The notes beneath the pieces were generated by a model that saw only the letters and a list, made by a program, of their open reading frames with translations, had not been told where the DNA came from and searched no databases. Positions 9,790-21,239 of a stretch of DNA of 63,922 nucleotides are shown here, piece after piece. Made by a program: the position numbers and the translations under genes. Location of the stretch: assembly GCF_001194135.2 (NCBI RefSeq), contig NC_068981.1, positions 189,528,511 through 189,592,432 on the forward strand, in the 5' to 3' direction. Within the stretch, counting starts at the first letter, position 1. The number at the start of each line of letters is the position of its first letter. The DNA is from Octopus bimaculoides (lineage: Eukaryota).

Positions 9790-11420
9790 TTTTCAGATTG
9801 GCACTTTTCAGGATTTTCAGATTGGCACAAAGGCTCATAAGTGGAAATCTCCTGGTAATGAAAGGTTGCCAAATTTCTGGCTCGCATCGCTCCCATGAAC
9901 ACATGAAATTTTAGTTCAGTTATTCAATGAAATTATGAGAGATCCTAAGAAAACACCTGATTGGTTAGCAAGAAGTATTACTTACCTACTTCGAAGAATA
10001 ATGAAACTAAATTTCCCCAAAACTATCGGCCCATGACATGTCTATATACCACGTATGAAATTTTAACATCTATCCACATGGAGGAAACACAAATTTATGG
10101 AACAGAAGTATATTTTCCACAATGAACAAAAAGGGTGCAGACGAGGCTCATATGGATGCAAAGACCATCTCTTAAATCAATCGCATGATCCTTGATAACT
10201 GTCATAACAAACGCAAAAATCTCAGTCCTGCATAGATTGATTATAAAAAAGCCTTTGACAGTATACCGCATTCATGGATCATGAAATCGCTGGATATCTT
10301 CAAACTTCTTGAAACACACGTCAACGTGGAATACGAATCTCCAATTATACCACTCTAATGGGATTCTGACCACAAACAATATTAACATTAACTGTGGCAT
10401 TTTCCAAGGTGATTCACTTTCACTTCTAATTTTTTTTTGCATAGCCCTAATACTCCTTACAAGTGAACTTAACAGAACAGGGTATGGGTATAAAATTGTT
10501 GACAAGAAATTTAAGTCATTTATTTTACATGGATGACTTAAAACTCTATAGCAAAGACGATAATAAGCTTGAAGAACTATTACATACTGTGAAAGCATTC
10601 AGTGATGACATCAGGATGGAATTTGGTCTCGACAAATGTACAAAGGCCACTTTCCAGAAAGGGAAATTAAAGACCTCACATTCAGTAGTATTAGATGTTG
10701 ACACAGTTATAAAAGAACTTGAGCAGAAACAAACTTACAAATACCTCGGAATAAATGATGACTCTGGCATTCAACAGGCAAGCATCAAAGAGAAGATCAG
10801 AAAAGAATGTTACAGGAGAGTTCGAGCAGTCCTGAAATCCGAGTTAAATGCACGTAACAAGGTGTTAGCCATAAATTCCTTCGCAGTTCCAGTTGTTATT
10901 TACAGTTTCAATGTGTTGAACTGGAATATGAGCGAAATAAGGAAAATTAAGTGGAATATACGTAAGCTGCTGACTTGCAATAAGATACACCACCGAAAGG
11001 TAGATGCAAACCGTCTTTACCTTCCCAGAGCTCAAGGGGGTCGAGGCTTGGTCCAGTTTGAAATCTCTTACACAACCATCACAAATATCTTGTAATATCT
11101 AAAGACTGGATGCTAAAATTCGATGAAAACCACGAGAGACAAGAAGCTTCATTCCGTTACGAAAGAGAGCAAAATATTTGCTAGTAAATTCATGGATAAT
11201 ATCCTGGTTGAACGGCATGATGAAAATGCGGCAACTGTTGGTGCAAAGAAGGTGAAATCAATGGCAAAGCAAAATGCGTTTGAGCAATTGGCTGATAAGT
11301 GGCAAATATGTGACCTGTAGCAAACAAGTTGATGTAGACCAGAAGCACACCTATCAGTGGCTACGGAGCTCAGGGCTAAAGATCAGAGCTTATTGACCCG
11401 AAACTATCAACGATTCTCTC
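9790..11420 (+). pseudogene. R4/Dong-clade LINE reverse transcriptase relic (includes ORF 10463-11095)
   Basis: WKSPG..LPNFWL, GIFQGDSLS, SHLFYMDDLKLY, EFGLDKC, YKYLG and RLYLPRAQGGRGL. Frameshifts and stops throughout. Confidence 0.92.
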
Positions 11421-12804
11421 ATTGTCACTTTGGTAAAATCAATCCGCTGAGGAGTTCAAACAAGGTGTGTGTGTGTGTGTGTGTGTGCGTGCGTGTGCCT
11501 GTTTGCATACGTGCGTTTATAAAACCATTAGAAAACAAAAATGTTGTTGAATCCGGTATGGTATTTTGATAAATTAAAAAAAAACAAAAAAACAATCACG
11601 TCTAAATCTACAATTCTTTTATATAATTCTCTCTACTGAATTCAGTTCACATGGCATTGGTAAACCGAGTTGCTACAGTAAAAGCTAATTACCCACGGTC
11701 CCAGACACAGAGATTGAACTAGCAATCAAGTGTTCCAAAACTTCTTAACCACACAGCCATTCCAGGTCTGAAGATTATGAAGAGAAAACGTTAATTAAAA
11801 TCGCTGACGTCTGTAAATAGAATCAAATACATTTATAAATAGCAAAACATATTTATGTAATGATAACGTTGCTTTGGTTATACTTTGTAATCATAGGAAA
11901 AAGACCTGCATTTCAGTTATGGAAACAGATTCAGATGATTAAACATTTGAGCGTATTTATATCTTCTATTAATAAACCTTTCTGTTCAAGCCTCGATAAT
12001 ATATATTTTCGAAAAGGTCATTATAATTGTTATTCCATACACCCGGAAACAGATATTTAAAGAATAGGAATCGCGTTAATAAGTGGATAATATTTTAAGA
12101 AAATGATATGGTTATTCTATATGTGAATATTACATTTATATCCCAGAATAAAAAATGTAAAAAACATGATTATTTTTATATAAAGATTTTAAAATTCAAT
12201 TTTCATCAGAAATATTCCTTCACATCTATATTAAGTAAAGTAAGAAATTCTCAGGAGAATTTGAAGAACTTAAAAAAAATTTGAAATTATTTCGCATTTC
12301 TTGAGTTTCTTTTTCTTTAGTTATAAATATTTCACATATTTTACTGTTCAAGAACGTCATAGAAAATCTTTTAAGAAAAATATAGGCTCAATTTATTTGA
12401 TTATTTAAGAAACTAATACGCATCTGTTTGAATACGTTGTTATGTGCAGTTTTCATTGAAGGAAGATACGGCGTACCATCATCATAACGATTCTCTTCCT
12501 CATCACCATAATCATCATAATCCTTTTCATCATTCTCCTCATTGTCATTTTGCATCCGCTGGTTCATTATTGGGTTCATATTGCGTAGGCTGGTTCATTG
12601 ATGCTCTTTTATATGAGGAGGGGACCACATTTCGCTCGTAAGTAGCATCTTTAGCCTGTTTTTTTCTTTCTGCTTTTTTTTTGTGATATCTATGGTTGGA
12701 TACCTTGGGTGCATTCGTTTATGGCGACGGTAGTAAAGAAGTTGTTACCTGTTGGAAAAGACTACAATAGCATCCCAACCCTCAACAGATGAATGTTGTG
12801 ACAC

Positions 12805-13145
12805 CCGACCCTGCGCTGTATGGTGTTGTGTTCTTGAGCAAAACAATTCATCTTACGTTGCTCTGCGATCACTTCGACATTTGACGCGTGGCACACGCAC
12901 AGTGGAGGCGCAATGGTCCAGTGGTTAGGGCAGCGGATTCGCGGTCGTAGGATCGCGGTTTCGATTCCCAGACCGGACGTTTTGAGTGTTTATTGAGCGA
13001 AAAACACCTAAAGTTCCCCGAGGCTCCAGCAGAGGATGGTAGCGAACCCTGCTGTATTCTTTCACCGCAACTTTCTCTCACTCTTTCACGAGCAGGCTGT
13101 TCCGTTGATCGGATCAACTGGAACCCTCGACGTCGTAACCGACAA
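12805..13145 (+). mobile_element. Group C SINEs: partial CORE-bearing head followed by a C1 copy with an internal deletion
   Basis: GTGGAGGCGCAATGGTCCAGTGG...GTTTCGATTCCC. About 100 bp of the body present at 18494 and 28030 is missing at CTCTTTCACGAGC. Confidence 0.8.
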
Positions 13146-13149
13146 GTGA

Positions 13150-13495
13150 TTCCATTTGCAAATGGTTTATAGAATGCTACCAGTCCTTTCTATTGGCGCA
13201 CGCACACCTGCCCAGGTAATGTTGATCTGATGAAGGGAGTGAGTAATGTGCAACACATGCATTTGATGAAAATAAAGAGATATAGTTGAGTATATATATA
13301 TATGGGAGAATGTACGAAAAAAACAACAACAACAGACGAGGACAGGTGGTGTAAACAACAAAAGGATGTATTAGTTTGACGCTCGGGAATACAGAAAGTC
13401 TTTAACGTTTCGAGCTACGCTCTTCAACAGAAAGAATACGGAGAAAACAAGGAGAAAAAAAATTGAATGGTGTTTGGTCAGCGATTAATCATGGC
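13150..13495 (-). mobile_element. Penelope-like terminal repeat family P1 carrying a hammerhead-like motif
   Basis: Homologous to 16712-16880 (+) and 42645-42845 (-). The PLE assignment is inferred from the motif. Confidence 0.55.
13399..13435 (-). ncRNA. Minimal type-I hammerhead-like motif (A6U variant)
   Basis: TCTTT-CTGTTGA-A-GAGC GTA GCTC-GAA-ACGT-T-AAAGA. 5-bp stem I, 4-bp stem II and palindromic ACGT stem III. Confidence 0.55.
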
Positions 13496-13504
13496 GTATA
13501 CTTT

Positions 13505-13685
13505 TCTACTCAAGGCAGAAGGCCCGAAATTTTTGGGGAGGGGTGGGGGTTAGTCGATTAGATCGACCCTAGTACGAAACTGGTACTTAATTTATCAACT
13601 CCGAAAGGATGAAAGGCAAAGTCGACCTTGGCCGAATTTATATTCAGAACGTAAAGACGGACGAAATACCGCTAAGCATTTCGCC
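13505..13685 (-). mobile_element. Group M SINE, short-tail subfamily
   Basis: Central domain and B box present. Confidence 0.8.
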
Positions 13686-14621
13686 ATATATATATATATA
13701 TATATCGTAATCCATTCTTTGAAAATAGAGACAAAAACCTTTCAACGTCAACAAAATTACCATTTCTCTTTACGGTTCCAACTGAAATAGATGTTAAATT
13801 TCGATACTTAGTCACTCTAACTCCAATATAAAAAACTATATATGTTACCTGAATGACATTGCATTTTTTCTAACTCTCATTGCGTTCCGTGTTTCGTAAA
13901 TATTCCAAGCAAAATCTTCGTTTTATTTCTCTACAACTTTGCATGTTGAATGTAACCTTGTTTCTGAATTTATAAGTTTTATGAACTACATAATGTTGGC
14001 AGCTAGACTACTCTGCGCATATCAAATACGGACATTTCTTTTTACTTCTTGATCATTTTATGTCTCTACAACAAACTCTCTTAGTCTTGGCTAATTTCAT
14101 TTTCGATATTTGTTTTTATTTAAAACTACTTTTCTATATTTCAAGTTGATTTTTCGCTCAACGTTTGGATTAAATCAGATAATCTGCATTCAAAATGTTT
14201 CAAGGGTATTTGGAGAACACTTTTGTAATAGCTTCTGGGAAGGATATGAAAAAAGAAGGAAAGAGCGAGAAGCAGACCTGGACAGACACAAACCTGAATC
14301 GTTCAGCTATAAACGTGTTCTTTATCTATTCCTTTATCGATTTTATTTATTTTTTCTATCTCTCATCTTTTTCTCTTTCCACTTGTCATTGGATTCTGTT
14401 GAAGAAGAATTTATCCTTTTAGTCGAGTAATGAAATCAAAACGTCTAGCTAATCAGATAGAACTGAAATAAAATGATATTTCAAAGAGAAGGAAAGGGAT
14501 CAGAGCCTAAAGAAGAGAATATTGTTAATCTTGTTTTCTTGATAAAACACATCTGGCACACTATCTGATAATACTAATAATGATAATAAATATATCCAAG
14601 TCATGAGACTGTAGAGAAAAT

Positions 14622-14790
14622 ATAGGCACAGGTGTGGCTGTGTTATCAGAAGTTTGGTTCCCAACCACATAGTTTCGAGTTCAGTCTCACAGCGTAGCAC
14701 CATGGTCAAGTGTCTTCTACTATAGCCTCGGGACGACCAAAGGTTTGTGAGATTTGGCTGACGGCGAAGCCTGTCCTATATGTGTGTGTG
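14622..14790 (+). mobile_element. CORE-type SINE 5' half
   Basis: tRNA head and CORE segment ending in (TG)n. Confidence 0.8.
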
Positions 14791-14799
14791 TGTGTGTGT

Positions 14800-14959
14800 G
14801 CTTCTTTCAGTTTCCGTCTACCAAATCCACTCACAAGGCTTTGGAAGACCCGAAGCTATTGTAGAAGACACTTCCCCAAGATGCCACGCAGATGGACTGA
14901 ACTCGGAACCATGTGGTTGGGGTACAAGCTACTTACCACACAGCCACTCCTGCACCTAT
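14800..14959 (-). mobile_element. CORE-type SINE 5' half, inverted relative to its neighbour
   Basis: ...CTTACCACACAGCCACTCCTGCACCTAT. Confidence 0.85.
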
Positions 14960-15799
14960 AATCACATGTAATTAAATAGAAAAGTTATTTATTGATTTTC
15001 TCTTGATTATAATGATGACATTTATTAAATAGATATTACTTTAAAACTTTAGATTTGCTCTGTAATCAAACTTAGAATTATTTTCGCTACACTATTTCAG
15101 ATATGTAGGATATTAAAGAAGATATTATCAAGAGTTTGGAAATTGTCTTCTAAGTTACTAAAAAGAAATATTTAATTTCCTTTCAGATTCCCAATTGGTT
15201 TCATACAGCATTTTGTTTTCTAGTTGTTAACCATTGGTATTGGTGAGATGATAAACAGTTATCTACAAAAGACTGGAAGCTATAGACTAAATATTACATT
15301 ACACTTAGACACATCAAACTTTTTTAAGAACAAAAAAAGCAGACTACAGATTAGTGATTATTAAGTTCTACCTACAACTAAAATGGTGCCAAATTACAGC
15401 TGATAAAAAAGGGTAATTAAAAACAGGCAATTAAAACAGAGGCACTAAAAAATGTATTTTAGAGTAGCTTCACCTACATACGTTTAAACCGCAATTTTAG
15501 TAATTATAATAACAACTTCAAGCACGTCATCAGAGACGAATTGTTCTCAATAAATAAGAAGCAGCTGAAAATAGCTTATCCGATGATTAGTTGCTAGCTT
15601 AAATTAGTTTTACATTATTAAAGTATCTGCGACAAATGAGCATCTTGTGTGGAAGTGGTGAGGACTGTTGCGATCTCAGTCACTGAAACGGGGTTAAGAG
15701 CCTTCGGGATCATGACGTGGTTAAGTCTAAACACATAAATAAGTATTAAGGCAAAGGCGCTGGGTTGGCTTTCTTGTTTAGAAGTTCATTTCACAACAA

Positions 15800-16020
15800 T
15801 AGGCACGGGAGTGGCCGTCTGGTTAGACGTTTACTTCTTAGTCACATGGTTCCGAGTGAGTGCCTTTGATAGACAGGAACCGAAAGAAGCCCGTGATCAA
15901 TAGCGTAGCAGGGGCGTCACTTTTGGGTCTTCTGTAGGCAATATGTGTGTGTGTGTGTGTGTGTGTGTGAGTGTGTGTGTGTGTGTGAGTGTGTGTGTGT
16001 GTGTGTGCAAGTGCGTGTGG
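15800..16020 (+). mobile_element. Old CORE-type SINE head with (TG)n
   Basis: ATAGGCACGGGAGTGGCCGTCTGG...GAAAGAAGCCCGTG. Confidence 0.6.
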
Positions 16021-16164
16021 AAAATAAAACAAAATATGGGAGAGTTTTTATAAGATATTTAGGTTACGTCATCTTACGTACGTTTCTTTATCATAAGGTC
16101 ACATAATATGAATTGCATTATGCAACTATTAACTTTACTGTTATTCTGTTATTTCTATCAATTG

Positions 16165-16335
16165 ATGGCAGCAAGCAACCAGAATCATAGAGCATTGGAC
16201 AAAATGCTTTGCAGTATATCTTCCAGCTCTTCACATTCTGAGTTCAGTTCGAACCCTGTCCAGATTAACTTCTTTCCTCTCTCTGAAGTTGATTAAAGTA
16301 CCTTGAGATTGTTGGCTTTGTGCTTCTGCTAGAAA
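16165..16335 (+). mobile_element. Degenerate group M SINE
   Basis: CAGAATCATAGAGCATTGGACAAAATGCTT...CTGAGTTCAGTTC. Confidence 0.6.
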
Positions 16336-16711
16336 TCATTATTCCGTATATACGCACACACACACACACNNNNNNNNNNNNNNNNNNNNNNNNNNNNNNN
16401 NNNNNNNNNNNNNNNNNNNNNNNNNNNNNNNNNNNNNNNNNNNNNNNNNNNNNNNNNNNNNNNNNNNNNNNNNNNNNNNNNNNNNNNNNNNNNNNNNNNN
16501 NNNNNNNNNNNNNNNNNNNNNNNNNNNNNNNNNNNNNNNNNNNNNNNNNNNNNNNNNNNNNNNNNNNNNNNNNNNNNNNNNNNNNNNNNNNNNNNNNNNN
16601 NNNNNNNNNNNNNNNNNNNNNNNNNNNNNNNNNNNNNNNNNNNNNNNNNNNNNNNNNNNNNNNNNNNNNNNNNNNNNNNNNNNNNNNNNNNNNNNNNNNN
16701 NNNNNNNNNNN

Positions 16712-16880
16712 TAGATCGCTGACCACTACACACATTTTTTTTCTCTCCTTGTTTCTTTCTGTGGAAGAGCGTAGGCTCGAAACGTTAAAGACTTGTTCAA
16801 TTCCCGAGCGTTATACTAATACATCTATTTGATTTCTACACCACCTGTCTTCGTCTGTTGTTTTTTTTTTGTGAATTCTC
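16712..16880 (+). mobile_element. Family P1 copy (Penelope-like terminus)
   Basis: Reverse complement of 13300-13495. Confidence 0.55.
16754..16791 (+). ncRNA. Minimal hammerhead-like motif (family P1)
   Basis: TCTTT-CTGTGGA-A-GAGC GTAG GCTC-GAA-ACGT-T-AAAGA. Confidence 0.5.
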
Positions 16881-16881
16881 T

Positions 16882-17959
16882 TTCTATATATATATTATAT
16901 AATATATATTTGTGAAAAGGGCAGACGTGTTAGTAAACGTGGTCGGTTTGAGCTGAAAATTTGCACGCCTATAGGCAACGTGCTGGCGAGTATGCATGCC
17001 AAATTTCAGTTTGTTCTATTGAAAGGCGTGGCCTCTAGGGCAAAATCCCCCGTCTTTAAACGGACTTTGACAAGTGTTTGTCGTTTCTCTCTTTCGGCTA
17101 TCACCCTTTCTTCTTCGATCTCCTTCTTCCCTCTACTTTCTCTCTATAACGACGTTCGACAGCTTCCACTCTCTCTCTCTCTCTTTCCCTCTCCCTCTTC
17201 GCCCTTTGTCTGTCGCTCTTTCACCCCCGTCCCTCTCTCTCTCTCTCTGTACGTCTGTCTGTATCTCTAGAGAGAAAGCGTTGACAGCCGCAAGTTTTCC
17301 TCCATGTGGCAATTATCGTCCTAGAAATAACTGCCAAATCCAGTGTATTAAAACATACATATGTACATACATACGTACATAAAACCATACATACATATAT
17401 AATTACATGCATACAAAGACGAAACTGTTGACCGCCTGTGTTTAACGGAGAGGAATAAAGTAGTAAATAATTATATTGCGTCGAAAATGCGCTTCACTCT
17501 GTTAAAGTTTAAATATTCCCGCCACAGGGCTTTTAGAACGGTGAATTATTATCGCCCACGCACAATCATGATAACATATTATTAATCAAATATATTTGTG
17601 TTAATTTATATATATATTTGCTGCAAATCCCTTATTTTGGTCCAGAAAAAGGGGGGTGGGTGCGAGGGGGAACTTATCTCCTCCCCCTCCCATCCCGGAA
17701 TCATTGGAATTTTTTTTCTTTTTGTCGTTGAATGAATTCCTATGACCTCCTAATATGTTGCAAAACTCTTTTTGGGGTCCGAAAAACGGGGTGGGGTGAG
17801 GTGGAAACCTCAGAAATTTTCACCCACTCCCATTGATCTTTTCACCCGCACGAAAAAAAGGGAGGGGACCGTCCCCCTTTTTTTCCGAACCAAAATAAGG
17901 AATTTGCAGCATATTAGGAGATCAGGGTACTTGATTCCACGCCAAAATATCTGATTTTT
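16882..17959 (+). mobile_element. Non-autonomous Helitron-like element (long form), truncated by an N gap
   Basis: Begins TC-TATA..TATTTGTGAAAA and aligns with 19451-20060. Contains (CT)n and GC-rich subrepeats. Confidence 0.6.
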
Positions 17960-18493
17960 NNNNNNNNNNNNNNNNNNNNNNNNNNNNNNNNNNNNNNNNN
18001 NNNNNNNNNNNNNNNNNNNNNNNNNNNNNNNNNNNNNNNNNNNNNNNNNNNNNNNNNNNNNNNNNNNNNNNNNNNNNNNNNNNNNNNNNNNNNNNNNNNN
18101 NNNNNNNNNNNNNNNNNNNNNNNNNNNNNNNNNNNNNNNNNNNNNNNNNNNNNNNNNNNNNNNNNNNNNNNNNNNNNNNNNNNNNNNNNNNNNNNNNNNN
18201 NNNNNNNNNNNNNNNNNNNNNNNNNNNNNNNNNNNNNNNNNNNNNNNNNNNNNNNNNNNNNNNNNNNNNNNNNNNNNNNNNNNNNNNNNNNNNNNNNNNN
18301 NNNNNNNNNNNNNNNNNNNNNNNNNNNNNNNNNNNNNNNNNNNNNNNNNNNNNNNNNNNNNNNNNNNNNNNNNNNNNNNNNNNNNNNNNNNNNNNNNNNN
18401 NNNNNNNNNNNNNNNNNNNNNNNNNNNNNNNNNNNNNNNNNNNNNNNNNNNNNNNNNNNNNNNNNNNNNNNNNNNNNNNNNNNNNNNNNNNNN

Positions 18494-18803
18494 GGACGTT
18501 TTGAGTGTTTATTGAGCGAAAACACTTAAAGCTCCACGAGGCTCCGGCAGGGGATAGTGGCGAACCCTGCTGTACTCTTTCACCACAAATTTCTCTCACT
18601 CTTACTTCCTGTTTCTGTTGTGCCTGTGATTCAAAGGGTCAGCCTTGTCACACTGTGTCACGCCGAATATCTCCGAGAACTACGTTAAGGGTACACGTGT
18701 CTGTGGAGTGCTCAGCCATTTGCACGTTAATTTCACGAGCAGGTTGTTCCGTTGATCGGATCAACTGGAACTCTCGACGTCGTAAGCGACGGAGTGCCAA
18801 CAG
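18494..18803 (+). mobile_element. Group C1 SINE (head lies in the gap)
   Basis: GAGCGAAAACACTTAAAGCTCCACGAGG...CTACGTTAAGGGTACACG...GACGGAGTGCCAACA. Confidence 0.85.
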
Positions 18804-18807
18804 GGGT

Positions 18808-19108
18808 TGCCCGTACACAATCCTTAGACACCATAGCCTTGTGAGTGTATTTCGTACACGGAAACTGAAAGACAACTGTCATATATATGTGTATATTTGT
18901 TTGTGTATGTGTGTGTGTGTGTGTGTGTGTGTACCCACCATTGCTTGACAACCGGTGTTGCTGTGTTTACGTTCCCATAACTTAGCGGTTTGGCAAAAGA
19001 CACTGATAGAATAAGTACTAGGCTTACATAGAATAAATCCTACGGTCGATTTCTTCGCCCAACGGCGGTGCTCCAGCCTCGCCGTAGCCACATGACTGAA
19101 ACAATAAA
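18808..19108 (+). mobile_element. CORE-type SINE, eroded head plus 3' half
   Basis: Microsatellite followed by GATAGAATAAGTACTAGGCTTAC...GGTGCTCCAGC...GACTGAAAC. Confidence 0.75.
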
Positions 19109-19154
19109 AAATTATGCCATTTTAATCCCGAGCAAGGCCAGGTATCTCTGTAAG

Positions 19155-19450
19155 TCTACTATATATTTGTGAAAAGGCGGACGTTGTCTCACAAGCAATT
19201 GTGTAGGCAAAAGTGTTACTAAATGTGATCGGATTCACCTGAAAATTTGCGCACCTATGTTAAAAGAGTTTGCGAGTTTGCATGGCAAATTCGAATTTGC
19301 TCAATTGAAAGGCGCGTGGTCTATGGGGCAAAATTTCTCATTTAAAAATGTGACCCGCGTAGACCCGAATGAAATCAAGTTACTATACCGAAACTAGTAA
19401 AACAATAATGAACTATTTTAATCCCGAGCAAGGCCGGGTATATCTGCTAG
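19155..19450 (+). mobile_element. 296-bp non-autonomous Helitron-like unit
   Basis: 5' TC start, subterminal hairpin CCCGAGCAAGGCCGGG (19423-19438) and 3' CTAG (19447-19450). Confidence 0.8.
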
Positions 19451-20060
19451 TCTATTCTATATTTGTGAAAATGGCTGACGTTGTCTCATGTGGTCGGATT
19501 GAGCTGAAAGTTTGCACGCCTGTGGAGAACCTGCTGGTGAGTATGCATCGCAAATTTCAGTTTGCTCCATTGAAAGGCGTGGCCGCTAGGGCAAAATTCA
19601 TTGTCTTTAAACGGACTTTGACAAGTGTTAGTCGTTTCTCTATTTCGGCGATTACCTTTTTCTCCCTGGATCTCTCTCTTTCCTCCCTTCCCTCCGTTTC
19701 TCTCTATAACGGCGTTCTATAGCTTCCACTCTCTCTTTCCCTCTTTTTCTTCGCCGTCTTTCTGTCGTTCTTTCTTTTCCCGCCTCTCTCTCTCTCTCTC
19801 TCTCTCTCTGTACGTCTGTCTGTATCTATAGGGAGAAAACGTTGACAGCCGCAAGTGTGTTGTTTAATGGAGAGGAATGAAATAGTAAATAACTATATTG
19901 CGTCGAAAATACGCTTCACAATCTCGAAATTTAAATATTTCCGCCACGGGGCTTTTAGAACGGTGAATTATTATCGCCCACCACCACCGCACAATCATGA
20001 TAACAGATATTATTAATCAGATGTTTATAGTGTCAATTTATATATCTATATATATCTATA
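19451..20060 (+). mobile_element. Helitron-like long form fused head-to-tail to the previous unit
   Basis: Starts TCTATTCTATATTTGTGAAA immediately after CTAG. Homologous to 16882-17620. Confidence 0.7.
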
Positions 20061-20104
20061 TATGTGTGTGTGTGTGTGTGTGTGTATAAATATACATATA
20101 TAAT

Positions 20105-20139
<35 letters not shown>

Positions 20140-20147
<8 letters not shown>

Positions 20148-20440
20148 CGTAATGAGATAACAAACCAAGGCTGTGTATAATATAGAACAGTTATAAATAG
20201 AATGTCTTACAGCTGTTTCCAGGATATTTATTATATCCCTTCATCGGAGACAGTGTGAGAGGAGGATTAAGCAATAGTTAGTTTAGTTAAGATAGGAAAT
20301 AGAGAGTGAATGTAGGGATAATGTATTTGTACATCTAATGTTTAGGCAGAATGGTATACATATAAGATTCCAGTACCTTGTGAGAAAGATCCAATTGTTT
20401 TTAAGATTGGTCGATGCCTTTGTAAAACCATTGATTGGTC
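20140..20440 (-). mobile_element. Probable Penelope-like 3' end surrounding the hammerhead
   Basis: Upstream minus-strand HKVLESYMYTILPK weakly resembles a GIY-YIG C-terminus (LES.YI..L.P.LN). Confidence 0.35.
20203..20252 (-). ncRNA. Minimal type-I hammerhead motif (U4C, A10.1-G11.1)
   Basis: TGTCT-CCGATGA-A-GGGATAT AATAA ATATCCT-G-GAA-ACAGCTGT-A-AGACA. Confidence 0.75.
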
Positions 20441-20482
20441 GATGCCTTTGTAATATATATATATATATACATTTTTTAAATA

Positions 20483-20932
20483 TCTAGTTTCAGCTCACGA
20501 ACTGTGGCCATGCTGGGGCACCACCATTTGGCGTTGCTACATAATTTTACTTCACGAATGCTTTTTAAGAATTGACATTTGGTGCCTGAGGGAGTTTGAT
20601 GATGCTGCCCTCATCTGCAACTCCTGCCGCGAAGTTGGTTAATCTGGGACACTTGACAGTAAGAGGTCCAGCTTTATTTTGAATACACCTACATTCACCC
20701 CATGCAGGTCTCTCAGGTCCTTCGAGAGGATACTGAAGAGCTGTGGACCTCTGAAGCTCAGACTATTGATTGGGCTATGTTGTCCTACATCTTGATGGCA
20801 AATTTGGAGTCCTTGACACTATGCAGTGGCGCCTAGTTGTAGTATTTGTGTAACACTCGATGCCAAAGTTTAGGACAAGTCCTTCCAAGATCCTCCAGAT
20901 GTATATTATGGCATATCTTTCTCGCCTACGCT
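20483..20932 (-). mobile_element. CR1/L2-type LINE 3' end
   Basis: YWERLKRLRLYSSERRRERYAIIYIWRILEGLV, followed by the same tail as 5103. Confidence 0.85.
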
Positions 20933-21047
20933 CTGAGGAATAGAGTCTTAATCTCTTGAGTCTTTCCCAGTAGCTTATATATATATATATATGTAATGCA
21001 TATGTATATATATATATATATATAAAGTGCGCATATAATGTGTACAT

Positions 21048-21200
21048 ATGTGGTCGGATTAAGCTGAAAATTTGCATACCTATGTTAAAAGTACTGGGGA
21101 GTTTGCATGGCAGATTTGAGTTTGCTCAATTGAAACGCGTGACCTCTAGGGCAAAAAGCCTCATCTTTAAAATGTGGCCCGAGTAGACCCGAATGAAATC
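21048..21200 (+). mobile_element. Partial copy of the short Helitron-like unit
   Basis: Aligns with 19220-19370. Confidence 0.7.
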
Positions 21201-21239
21201 GGGATACACGTATATATAGGTATGTATTATGTAATATGT

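Noticed and set aside
12900-12975. tRNA gene
   Set aside because: A and B boxes are present, but there is no complete cloverleaf and it continues into a SINE body. The same holds for all other tRNA-like heads.
15187-15242. Possible exon IPNWFHTAFCFLVVNHWY (tttcag ... gtgaga)
   Set aside because: Splice-like sites are common in this AT-rich DNA, and there is no phase-compatible partner or homology.
16066-16100. GAAAC-GTAC-GTA half hammerhead on the minus strand; similar partial motifs at 13222-13270, 15470-15535 and 43205-43280
   Set aside because: Core bases or stem I/II are missing. At most these are decayed relics and are not counted.
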